From the IMG/VR virus record IMGVR_UViG_3300034105_002081, positions 1 through 64,000 of that record: a DNA stretch of 64,000 bases. One strand, written 5' to 3'. The notes under the pieces are model-generated. The model ran no database searches, was not told the origin of the DNA, and was given only the letters and a program-made list of their open reading frames with translations. Below, one piece after another: positions 34,047 to 45,767 of this stretch. How positions within the stretch are numbered: position 1 is the stretch's first letter; each line of letters starts with the position of its first letter. Made by a program: the position numbers and the translations under genes. The stretch is from an uncultured virus (IMG/VR IMGVR_UViG_3300034105_002081) (lineage: Duplodnaviria > Heunggongvirae > Uroviricota > Caudoviricetes).

Positions 34047-35246
34047 ATGTCAGATAAAATGTATACTGTAGTACGTAAGCAGATTGTAAAAGCTGCCAAT
34101 ATGACACATGCTAGAAATATAGCAGATGGCTACGAAGATTTTCCAGGTGAGTTGATGTCCGATGAACTCAATACGGAATTGTCTAATCAAAAGGTGTCGT
34201 CTAATCAGACTATCCTCATAGAAGATTCTTCTGACTTGGAAGTTCCTACCTTTAATGACAGAGGGGACTTTCTTAGATCCGAGAATAGAAGATTGGCCAG
34301 ATTAGCAGATAAATACAAGAACGTAAAAGATGAAGCCGTAGTAGCAATATACGAGGCAGCATATGATGCGTTTAGTACCATAAGCCTTCCTCCAGTCAAG
34401 AAACCAGTCTTAAAATCAGGCTTAGGCGAGCCAGAAACAGCTGTAGCTGTATTCGCAGACTGGCAGCTAGGTAAGGTCACTCCTGACTACAACTCTAACG
34501 TAGCTGCTCAAAGAATAGAACTTTATACAGAGAAGCTTCTTGAAATTACTGAAATTCAAAGAAAACACCATCCGGTTAATAACCTTCATGTGTGGATGCT
34601 GGGAGATATAGTTGAGGGTGAAGAAATTTTCCCTGGACAAGCACACTTGATTGACTCTGGTTTATATCGACAGGTTGGAGTAAATGGACCAGAGATTATA
34701 GCCAAGTTCCTAAGAACTGCTTTGGAGAACTTTGAGCATGTGCATGTTACTGGGGTAATAGGAAATCATGGTGCCGTTGGTGGTCGAGGAAGAAAGCAAC
34801 ACGATCCAGAAACTAATATGGATAGACTTCTTTACCAAATCATTAGACTAATATTTAAAGATGAGCCAAGAATTACCTTTAATATTCCAGATGGAAAAGG
34901 CGAAAGACACTGGTATGCTGTCGACACTATAGGAAATTATAGTAGTCTTTTAATTCACGGTGATCAATTACCTTCACCCAATGCCTTTCATGGTTACTAT
35001 AAAAAGATAATGGGCTGGAAAGATGGTGCAATTCCGGAGCATTTTGATGATGTGTTCATGGGTCACTATCACCAATCTTTTAAGATGACGATAGGCAGCG
35101 CAACATTGAGAATTTCTGGTTCACCAGAAAGCTACAACACCTATGCACAAGAGTTCTTCTCTTCTATGAGTAGACCTTCTCAGCAACTTATGTATGTACA
35201 TCCTCAAAATGGACTCACTTGTGAATACAGTATTTGGTTAGACTAG
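34047..35246 (+). CDS. Calcineurin-like metallophosphoesterase with N-terminal coiled coil
   Basis: ADWQLG, LGDIVEG, GNHG, HGD and GHYH motifs in canonical order. Confidence 0.85.
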   Translation: MSDKMYTVVRKQIVKAANMTHARNIADGYEDFPGELMSDELNTELSNQKVSSNQTILIEDSSDLEVPTFNDRGDFLRSENRRLARLADKYKNVKDEAVVAIYEAAYDAFSTISLPPVKKPVLKSGLGEPETAVAVFADWQLGKVTPDYNSNVAAQRIELYTEKLLEITEIQRKHHPVNNLHVWMLGDIVEGEEIFPGQAHLIDSGLYRQVGVNGPEIIAKFLRTALENFEHVHVTGVIGNHGAVGGRGRKQHDPETNMDRLLYQIIRLIFKDEPRITFNIPDGKGERHWYAVDTIGNYSSLLIHGDQLPSPNAFHGYYKKIMGWKDGAIPEHFDDVFMGHYHQSFKMTIGSATLRISGSPESYNTYAQEFFSSMSRPSQQLMYVHPQNGLTCEYSIWLD

Positions 35247-35261
35247 TAAAAAGGTTTTTAA

Positions 35262-38200
35262 ATGAAAAGTTATCTATTAAGTTTTACTAGTTATGATTTT
35301 AGTAAAAATGGTAAAACTTGGGTTACAAGTCCAGTAGATCTTTATTTTAACAAATACTATACTAATTTTAGTAATAAAAGATCAAGAACCGGTAATAACT
35401 TAATAGGTGACTATACATTTACTGGTACGGAAAAAACAGGCGATGCCTATATTTACGTAGACAGCACCCAGTATAGTAGCCCTAACTTTATTTTCCAAAC
35501 CCCTGGAGCCACTGCTAACTATGGAGCCACTGCTAACTATCTTCTATATACAGACACAAATTTTAATTTAATATCAACACCATCATTCTTGCAAACAGTT
35601 TACCAAACAAACTATGGTGAGGTAGTACAAGATATAGCCACTCCTAGCCTAATGAGACTGGTTGATACATCTTCTAGGGTAGATATAAGATCATTTAGAG
35701 GAGCATTCTCCAACCGTCTTGGTGGAATAGAAAATATAACCTATAACATAAGCGTTTATGAGTCTGATTCACAGGAGCGGACCATGGCTCCTTTCCACCA
35801 CTACATCTTCTGAATCCCTGGGGACTCTACTTCTAGCTAAAGACTCTAAAAGGTACGCTAAGTTTGAAATAACAATAGATACTCAAGTAACCGATGTAAA
35901 CGTTTTAGATTTTGTATTAATAGTTGAAATAGCTATATCTGAACCGATAACACCGGTCTTATCTAGATCAGCAAAAAACATACTAAGAAAATTTCCATCA
36001 TGGATGGAGATGTATTCCGATTCAGAAGATCAAGTTAACCAAGATAACTATGTTCCAAAAAGTGTTGGTGGAAAATTCATAAATGCTATAGTTTCTGAAA
36101 ACTTAGATTACTTTGACACACAAGTAGATATACATAATATAAATCGCTTTATAGGTAGTGCTGACTTAAATCAAGTAGCATGGATGTGGTCTTCATTAAA
36201 CGTTCCAAATACTTATAACAAGATTATAGGTGACAACATAGAGTTAACTAGACTAGACAGCATGACTGACCTATATGAAGCTAGAAATACAGATTATGTT
36301 TATTTTCACAATCCAGTTAACAGACAAATAATTACAATTAGAAATTTTGAATCTTTAATTGCGTATAATAATAATACTACTTCAGTGGAATTGCCTCAGA
36401 TACCAATTCAAAGGTTCAACTGGTTTGATGAATTTGGTGCACGAGTAGGACTAAATAGGCTTTATCTAGAAGAGAATGAATCATTTAAGTTTAGAATATT
36501 AGACGTTTTTATCAATCCTATTTCTACTGATATAAATGGATTTAAAAGAACTTTAAGAAGAGAACTTAATCTTTGGGATGCTTTTGGCGCAACACCAGAT
36601 CACACAACCGATTATGCTACTCCATTGATTATGGAAATGTCTGACATAGAATCTTCTTTGGAATATTTTAACGCTGATGGTAGTCCAAAAGAAAAATTTA
36701 CAAATTTAGTAATTAAATTAAATGAAAAATATCCAACTAATTGGGGTTATTTCTCATTCAACAATGCTATTTGGGACACTGCTGGTTTAAATCAAGAGGG
36801 AGTTAATAGACTAAGTGCTAATTATAGTGATGAAATAAATGATTTTGCTTATTATCAACCAGGTGTTGGCGATCTTTCTGATAGCGAAATAATAATCTAT
36901 GATAATTCTGCTACTCCTCAATGGTTTACTACTAGCTTAGTAGCAACTGGAAAAAAGAAGATTGGTACACATTTAGAAAATTCACCAATTGAAATTAATT
37001 ATGAATATTATTCAGATTACAAGAGATACATTTACGATAATCAGAGTGCTACTATAAATCTAACAGTGGAAGCAACGTTACTGCCTTATGGTACAAGTGC
37101 AACACCAAGACTTATTTATTCTCCTATAACTAGATTTGTTAAAAACCAGCATGCTCCTACAAGTAGCGCAAGTCCAGAATTCAATACAGTTCAAATATTT
37201 GATACAGATGGTTATTTGAGTAGCGATCTAAATTTTAGATATAAAGACACGAAACAATTAGCTACAATTAATTTCAATAACCTATATTCAACAACTAGAA
37301 TTCCATATAATAAGATTTCTGATATGAGATTAAAGAATGGATTATGGAATGGATCACAGTATGCAACACCAAATTCAGATACGTTTGCAGCTTTCTTTTC
37401 CCATAAATCAGACAAGCTTATTTCTACCAGTTCAGAAATAAATGCCAGTACTCCATCTTTTACACCAAATACTGTAATAAAACTAGTATCAAATGTTTAT
37501 AATTTAAAGCAAGTTATCGAAGAAACAGTTCCTGTAAAAGACAAGATCACGTTAAATGATACTGTAGATGCAAGTAAAAAGAATGTAAACCTTCCTCTTG
37601 ATTTAATCAAATCTAATATAATTTACCCAGTTGGAGCAACTCCTCAATATACGTACATAAATGTTATACCTCCAACAAACACGTTCAACTCTCCAGATCA
37701 GGATGTCTCTGACAATATCTCTGTTTATGGTGGAGCAGCTAATTACACAGAACTAGATAGAGATTTATTTGTTCCATCTTCTCCTAATATTACTGCTTCC
37801 ATATATGGAAGTTCACTTCCTTCCAATTCTTTTGGTTTTATAAACTCTGAAAATACAGCTTCTACTGTCAACTATTATTTTGGTAAATTAAAATACGATG
37901 CAACAGCAACTCCTAGATCCATAACTATCAAATCAAATGAAGTAAATACTTATCCTTTTGAAATAATAGATTGGGAACCATTTGAAATTCATTCAACCCC
38001 TAAAATATCTGGAATTGTTGATGAAAATGGAATTGTAAAATATCTTCTTGAAAATGGAGAATACATACCTGGATTAAACAGTAACATAATAGATTTACCA
38101 GAAATAACAAGAGAAACTTTTGGCATTTCTGGATCTTCAAAGTTTGATTATTTCTTTGAAAATATAAAAGTTTTAGATCCAGAAAGTGTTAATGTATCAA

Positions 38201-40056
38201 TCTGGTCTGATCAATCTGTAGTAAAACCATTCTTAAATAGAACATTTGTATTAGAATCTAGTGTAGCTAACGCCATCAGTAATGCGGAAACCCACATACA
38301 AATAATAGACTATCCTTTAGACTCAGTAGTAGAATCCTTTAACTCAACAAGAAATACAACTATTTTTAGTAATATAAGAGTAAGAGGAAAGTTGTATGAT
38401 AATAAAATTGATTCAAGGTTAAGAACTGGTTGGCTGTCTATAGGAAAAGAAGAAAAATATATATATGCAGATCCAATAACAGAAAATTTTACTGGCAATC
38501 TTTTTTCTGTACAATTAACCCACAAACCACACCAAGGTGCACCGATTATAGTTGATGTTTTAGATCAAGATTCTACTCCAGTAACTTTTTATCAGGAGAT
38601 AGCATTCTCCGATCAAGCTACTCCAGGTAAAATATCTTTTTATAATAAAGAAGTTTTAAAGCCAAAACCAGATAATTCATTCTATTTAGGATACAAAAAC
38701 GTTTACGACCTTTCGATTAAAGACTTAAACACAGGAGAAACAATACAAAGTAATTATGCAACTCCTGGGTATACAGCTCTAGCGAGCGATCCGAATAGAC
38801 CACTAACGATGAACAGAGAATACGAAATCATATATAGAGTTAAGGATTCATACTATATAGACACTGTTAATGTAGGAGATGAGTACAAAGCTCAAATACA
38901 TTTTGATTCTACTCCAGGTAGCTCCTATAAATATGAAGTTACTTATGAGAATTCCGTATCCGCAACTTCTACCCCTTTAGTTATCAACATGGATCCTTTG
39001 ACTTCATGGATAGGGGAAGGATACTTAGCAATATCAGATCAGGAATATAGTTTTGACAGAGTCCAATGCTATATCTCTCCACCTTACGTGGTTAATGATG
39101 GACATGATTATTGTGACATTTCAATAATTTCCTTAGATATAAACGGAAACCCAAAACCACATCAATCTTTTAATATTACAACCAATAAGCTAACATCTTC
39201 AGTCGGTAGAATAACTACAGACTTAGAAGGATATGGTCATTTTACTGTTATATCAAATTATTCAACAACTACTAAACAAAACGGAACCATAACAGTTTCA
39301 GGTATCAATTATCAATCTGACCCAACTGCCCACAAAAATAGCCAATCAGCTAGTTCTGTTACGGATATAACTATAGAGATTATACCTCAAGATACTTATG
39401 TATCAAATAAGATAAAGGCAGACGTTGTAAGTAAAAAAATTCAAGCAGATTCAGTGTCCAATAACTTTATCAATGGCATAGTAACTGAAAACGGAATACC
39501 CTCTACTGATACTGTTATATACTGGAGAAAAGCAAGATATAATCATACTATCTTTAATTCAATTAATTACTCTACTTCCTCTGCTGCTCCTGGGTCATCT
39601 AATACTTCAGGTTCAGCAAGAACTGATTCTGAGGGTAAATTTTCAATAGGACCATTTACTGCTAAGGATAATTCAGATCCAGGATACTGGTTTGTTGCAG
39701 TAGAGACAGACTTTAGCTCAACCTTGTCTGCAACCCCTACTACAACTGACGGTGATATAGTTTACTGGTTAGAGGAATATGACTCAATTAATTATAATTA
39801 TATAAACACTATAAATATAGTCGATGTTGTCAACTATGATTCTCAAAAATCACTTGACCTTTATGCCACACCTAACTTCCTTCTTAATTACTATAGTGTA
39901 GACAAAGTAGATGTTTTGCACTCCACCCCAAGATGGTCTCCACCAAAATGGTTTGCCACTAGCAGATATGATCAATATCAATCTGGTAGATTGGGTAATG
40001 TCCCATATAGCATTAATAATTATAATAATTTAATAAAAGATTATGAGGAAGAATAA
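35262..40056 (+). CDS. Large baseplate/tail structural protein rich in [A/S]TP motifs; needs +1 shift at CGG 35778; about 1,597 aa fused
   Basis: Overlapping ORFs 35262..35813 and 35758..40056 differ by +1. FDEFGARVGLNRLYLEENESFKFRI resembles wedge-protein motifs; the C-terminus is beta-rich. Confidence 0.65.
35504..35540 (+). repeat. Perfect 18 nt tandem duplication
   Basis: TGGAGCCACTGCTAACTA x2, in frame, encoding GATANY-GATANY. Confidence 0.9.
35778..35781 (+). other. +1 recoding site 6 (GAG CGG-A CCA)
   Basis: In-frame CGG; window 35752-35810; the fused reading is VYESDSQE-GPWL. Confidence 0.75.
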
Positions 40057-43000
40057 TGAAAAAGTTTGTTGATAAAACTAAAAACGGTAAAGAAAATAGC
40101 GTTAAAAAACTTAATAATTTACCAAAAAATGAATCAACATTTGCTGTAAGTTGGTTTTCCAATAAGAGCATAACACCAGGTAATACTGTTTCCATAACAG
40201 ACATATCTATGTTAATCCCAGAAAATTCTAATCCTTCAGCTTTAACTGGAAATTATACTAATTCAAAAATTTATTATGCTAATGAAGTTGGGGTTTTAGA
40301 AGACGCCAATGGAAACACTTTATTTAATAGCGATAATTTAAGCATTAGTGATCTTTTGTTGTCGGAACAGACAATGGACAGGCAGTATACCGTATCGGAT
40401 GTTCAGTCTAAAAATTTTGTTCACTCATATTACATTTCTAGATATTATACATTATTAGACTCTAATTCCTACTCTATTAATGGAATAGAAGATTATGTTC
40501 CAACTCAAAACTTACCTACAAGTATTAGCGTCATAGACAGTAATGGACAAGACTATATAGATCCTATTACTAGAGCTAAAAAATATAGAATTTTACTACA
40601 ACCAATAAACGTTGACGGTTTACAAAAGTCTAATAAAAAACCATATTCAATAATAGTTTTAATGGATGAAAATAGTCCAAAGCGGACTTACTTTAATATA
40701 TGATAAAGTTTCAATAGCAGAGAACAATGCTATATCTTCGGCATCATTCAGGTATAAAGAAAATATTAATTCACTATCACTATTTCAAAAAATAAGTGAA
40801 GAATCTGTAGTAGCCGACCTAACATCAAGATCTAAGAAAATATACGCAAAAAAACCGACTACTAATAAAGCTCAAAATATTAACATAGAAAATTCTTTGA
40901 ATGAAGGTTTTGAGGTCTTTGTTCCGAAAAAAGCTTTGTCAGATAATAGAACGTACGAAACTTTTAACTGGAGATTAATAGCTAAAATCAATAAGCAGAT
41001 AAATATATCTTCTATAAATTATGGTAATGAAATAGATCAAGAAGGAAATATAAAACAAAAAGAAATTAAATGTGCAGTTTTGTGTACTTCAGCTGATTTA
41101 AATTCCTTTAGAATATCTGGAAACTTCTCAGGATCAAACCCTTATATATTTAAAAGATTGTCAATATCTGATTTTAATCTTTCAAGATACACCTTTACAA
41201 ATCCATTGGCACCAGCAGGAAAGTCCGATACTCAAGCAGAATACTGGCTGGTCGATATAGATAATGTATCTACATTAGAAGATTTTGACGTAGTAGCATG
41301 GTCGCCTACATCTCCAATTTCTTCAGCTAATGGAAACAAAATAAAATACTTTATAGAAAATAAAAACGGCACTGCTATATTAGACTTGTCGGCAGAATCC
41401 TTGACGCCTACATCTGCGAATAGTATTTACCCATACCTAACACTTAGCTCTGCTACAGTCGAGCTAAACAGTTGGATTTATAACGTTGATAATATATTTA
41501 TAAATGAACAAAAAACCAACGCTTGGCCGATATCTGACTCTATTTTTGAATCTGTTAATAATCAAACATTTTATGGAATTTATGGAAGCAGTATTTATTC
41601 CTCTAGTGGTACAAAAAAACAATATAGACATTTTACCAGCACCTCTATAGCAGCTTCTAATATAATACTAAAAGAAAATACTGGTGGTTTAAACAGACCA
41701 TTATTTATTAGCGTAGAACACGTCCCTCAAGCTGACTCATTAGTAAGAGGAAATATTTTAGCAACTACCGCACCAGTCATGAGATATTGCAATAATCTCT
41801 ATAATCCATCTTCTATAGCTGATTCTAGTCAGGAAAATAGCTCAAGTTCTATGATTACAGAAACTAGAGTTAGTCCAACATCTGCAATAGAGCGGACCTA
41901 TGAAGATATTGTACAATGCAGTTGCCGTTGCGGCACTTTCAAAAATGCAGTCTTCAAGAATAACCGACCTTAGATCATCTACGTATTACGTGACTGGAAA
42001 CTGGAATTCATCTTACGTACTAAATGGATCTGTTTTGTTGGATTCCGAAAAAGCACCATATACGCAGATCCAAGATTCTCTTTTCAATACTGCCGGGGCT
42101 GGAGTTACAAAATACTCTAAAAATTTAACATCTTCGTATGGTTCAATATTAGATTATTATAAGAAAATTTGCTACGATACAATACCCGATTCATACAGTA
42201 TTCTAGCTCAAGATATAGATTTGTCTAATCTACAAATATTTATAGAAGTAACAAATCCAGATGTTAATATAGCTAATAACCAGCTAGTTAATAACGATCA
42301 TCTAACTGGAGATTTAAGTGACATACCAACTTCTTATAAGCTATATAAAGTACCGCCTACTCAATATGCCGCACACGCTTATGCATATACTGATTCTACC
42401 TCTCTTCCTTTTGTAATTCCTGGTGGTTTTGGTCCTCATATAATTAAGGAAAAAGTTATTAATAGAAGCAGTGATGTTTCTTCTGATAATTTTTCCAACA
42501 AATTAACACCAGCAACATATAAAAATTATGATTTTAATTTTAATACATTTAGTTCTTATGTACAATCTTCAGAAAGTCCAACATCACTAGATGTTCGATG
42601 GGCAGCTGAAATGACAGCCATCGGAACAGCTACACACAGTGCGACAAGAACAGTTAAAGGCTACACTAATCTAATAACGCAATACTATAATCTATCTGAT
42701 GGTTATTCAGATGTAGATGCTAATGATAAAGCTAGAAAAAAGATTAAAGCAATTGCTGATCCACAAAGAAGAATAGAATCAATAAGAAATAACTTTTTTT
42801 ACAGTGGAGACATTGAGATAAATAAATACTACCTTCAATACGGTACTGATCCTGAAGACAGAAAAACAGGTGAATATGTAAAGTATATTCAATACACTCT
42901 TGCCAATAGTGGTATAGATGAGATAAAAAAGATTAAGATAGATGGAATATACGGCAGGCAGACTAAATATTTTTTATCAATTTTTCAAACTAAAAAAGGT

Positions 43001-45766
43001 GAGATATATACCGATGGAGGAGTAGATAGCGAAACTAAATCATATTTAATTAAAGTATGGAAAGATTTATATCAAAACAATAGAGAAAAATTTGATGCAG
43101 TAGTTAAAGCTATACGAAAAGCAGACGTAGAAGTAATCAAATATATATCTGAACATCATAATCCTGATCTTGATGAATTAAATACTTCAGATGGTGATTA
43201 TAGAAGAATAAGTTTTTCTGGTTCAAAAAAAGATGGTCCAAAAGGTACAATAAAAGACATTTTTTTTGTTAGAGTTCCTTCTGAGTTTAACACATCAAAA
43301 CCATCAGATAGGAATAACTTAGTTATTAACTCCATAAGAATTACTCCTGGTAAATTTCCTTCTGCAAGTAAATATAAAGGTATAAAGATTAATAAAATAG
43401 TTGCATACAAAGATGATGGCAAAAACATAGTCGACCCTGGAGGTAGGGACACTAACAGTGGTCCAGATTTTGACGGTCCAGATTTAGGTAGTGCAACATT
43501 AATAAGTGGACCAAGATCATATTCTGAAAATCCAATAGAAATACCTATTACTGTTGTTAATGGAAAAAATTATTTAAATTATACTTGGTTTGGAATAGAA
43601 GTTTTAGGTGGACAATTAGGTGGTATATATGGCCCTGATGCTGAGGGCATATCATTAAACAATGTAGATTTTAATATAAGTTACGGCAATTCTACCGCCG
43701 ATGAAACAAAGTCATACGCTATAGATAATGAATCTTTTACTATGAAGTTTGCTATTTCTGGAACCGAAAATGGAGTAAGTACTAATACTACTAAGACCAT
43801 TAATCTATCTGGAAGAAACTCAACAGCCTATTCAGTTTCTCCTGTTTCTATAACGTATACCCAATATGACGGAACAACAAGAACGGAATCGCTTACTGGC
43901 ACTACAATAGACTTTTCTGCGAAAAGAACACTTGCACCTCATACGAACGAAGTAGATAGCAACACCACTATTAATGATCAAATAACAATAGACTATACCT
44001 CATTAAATAATTACAATCTAGTTCCAAGTTCATTTGCAATTAGTTCAATTTCTTCAAATGGTAACGTAATTTCTGGAAGTCTTGTAGGTAGTTCTGTTGT
44101 AGGTAATTCGATAACGCTTTCCACGAATGCTCTTTTGTATACTAATTCCAATATAGTAAAAACAACTCCGAATACAATTAGCAATTATTGGCTATTGAAA
44201 CAAGATAATTCGAAGATAAAAACAGCTAAAAAATCCATTACAGTACTCGATGGATTACTGCTATTATGTCAGCCAAGCGACGATCCTGCTTATTCTGGAA
44301 AGCCTATTGGGATTAGCGTTCCAACCTTTACTCCTTCTCAATTAGACCAACAAGAGACAAATATAGATTACGGTGCCTTTGTTCTTGAAAACTCAACAGC
44401 GCAAAATAATGGTATTGTATACGGTTTTTACGATAATCAAAGAAAAGAATTTTTAGGATCTATACTTCATTATATAGACTATCAAAACAGAGGCCCAAAT
44501 AATATATACATAGGGATCATAGCTGTTGATGCAGATGGAAATCTTGGTTCATCAATAGACTTTTTCGGCCCAAGAAACTATAACACTGTCACTCCAGTAA
44601 GAATACCGCTTAAAGCTGCTTACCCTATATATTCAGCTAAGTATGAAAACACTACAAAGATTAAAGTGACATCAATACCGTCAGATATTCCAAAGTACGA
44701 ACAATGGCCACTTCATGTGTCTTCTGGTGCTTTTACTAGAGATTTAGTGATAGATCCATCATTTGGTTGGGTTAATTGGTTGCAAAAATATAAAAGAAGA
44801 ACATTAAGAGCAAACTACTCTACTTTAAATCTTTCAAATATAGCGTGGTCTGAATTTTTAGGAAGACCATATATTGATATTAAAGATGAATTTCCTATTA
44901 TTATTTCAAATAAAAGAATTAAATTAATCAATGCACCAATCGCAGTGATCAATGAACCTTCTTATTCAAAAATGGGTCTTTTTAGTACTTTGGTTAATGT
45001 GTATAAAAGAGATTCTATTTCTGGTCCATGGACAAGAATATCCTCAGACCTTATAAGAAACGTTGATGCAGAGAATGGTTTTATAGACTTTACTTCAACA
45101 ATAGTTCCTTCTGATAATAATTTAATAAAAGTATCTTATACATCAAAGTCTAACGGGATACCACTAAAACAAGTAGACGGAAATCCTATACCTATAAATC
45201 CATTTTTAAACAGAGACATAATAGAACCAGATAAAGCTTTATATATATATATCAAGCCAGTTAGCATTTACTATAAAGATAGTTCAGTACAAAGTTATTC
45301 TTGGAAGCATGTTTCAGAATATGATTACGGCAGTGCAATTAACTTTACATATGACAACTCGATATTTAATCCGTACGATTCTGTTAATTTTGACCCATTT
45401 GCCCTCCCAATAGCTCTTATACATACAACTAATCCTTTTACTAGCAATAGCACAACTTTGCAGGATTTAAGAATAAGAGGAGGGGGAATTAAGTCTGAAA
45501 AGTTTAATTCTTCCAATACATATTCAAACATTGGGATATATCAAATAATTAAAGATGTAAAAGAGGCTATATCTTTTTGGGATGTATATCCTCCTATGAG
45601 GCAGTCGTACCCTAAGGGTGGATTTATAATCATAAGATTACCAAGAGAAGTTATCAATAATTTTGAAATTGAAGAAGAAATATATAGTATAATAGAAAGA
45701 AACTTAACAGCTGGTGTAGCTTATCAGTTGCAAGATATGGACGGAAATGATTGGGGTGTAATTTAA
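40056..45766 (+). CDS. Large structural protein with internal peptidoglycan-binding domain; needs two +1 shifts (CGG 40683 and 41893); about 1,902 aa fused
   Basis: Three successively +1-offset overlapping ORFs (40056, 40666, 41900). PG_binding_1-like VKYIQYTL...IDGIYGRQTK...FQ...GGVDSET near 42870-43050. Confidence 0.65.
40683..40686 (+). other. +1 recoding site 7 (AAG CGG-A CTT)
   Basis: In-frame CGG; window 40663-40700. Confidence 0.75.
41893..41896 (+). other. +1 recoding site 8 (GAG CGG-A CCT)
   Basis: In-frame CGG; the +1 frame opens at 41891, just after TAG 41888; window 41891-41970. Confidence 0.7.
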
Positions 45767-45767
45767 A

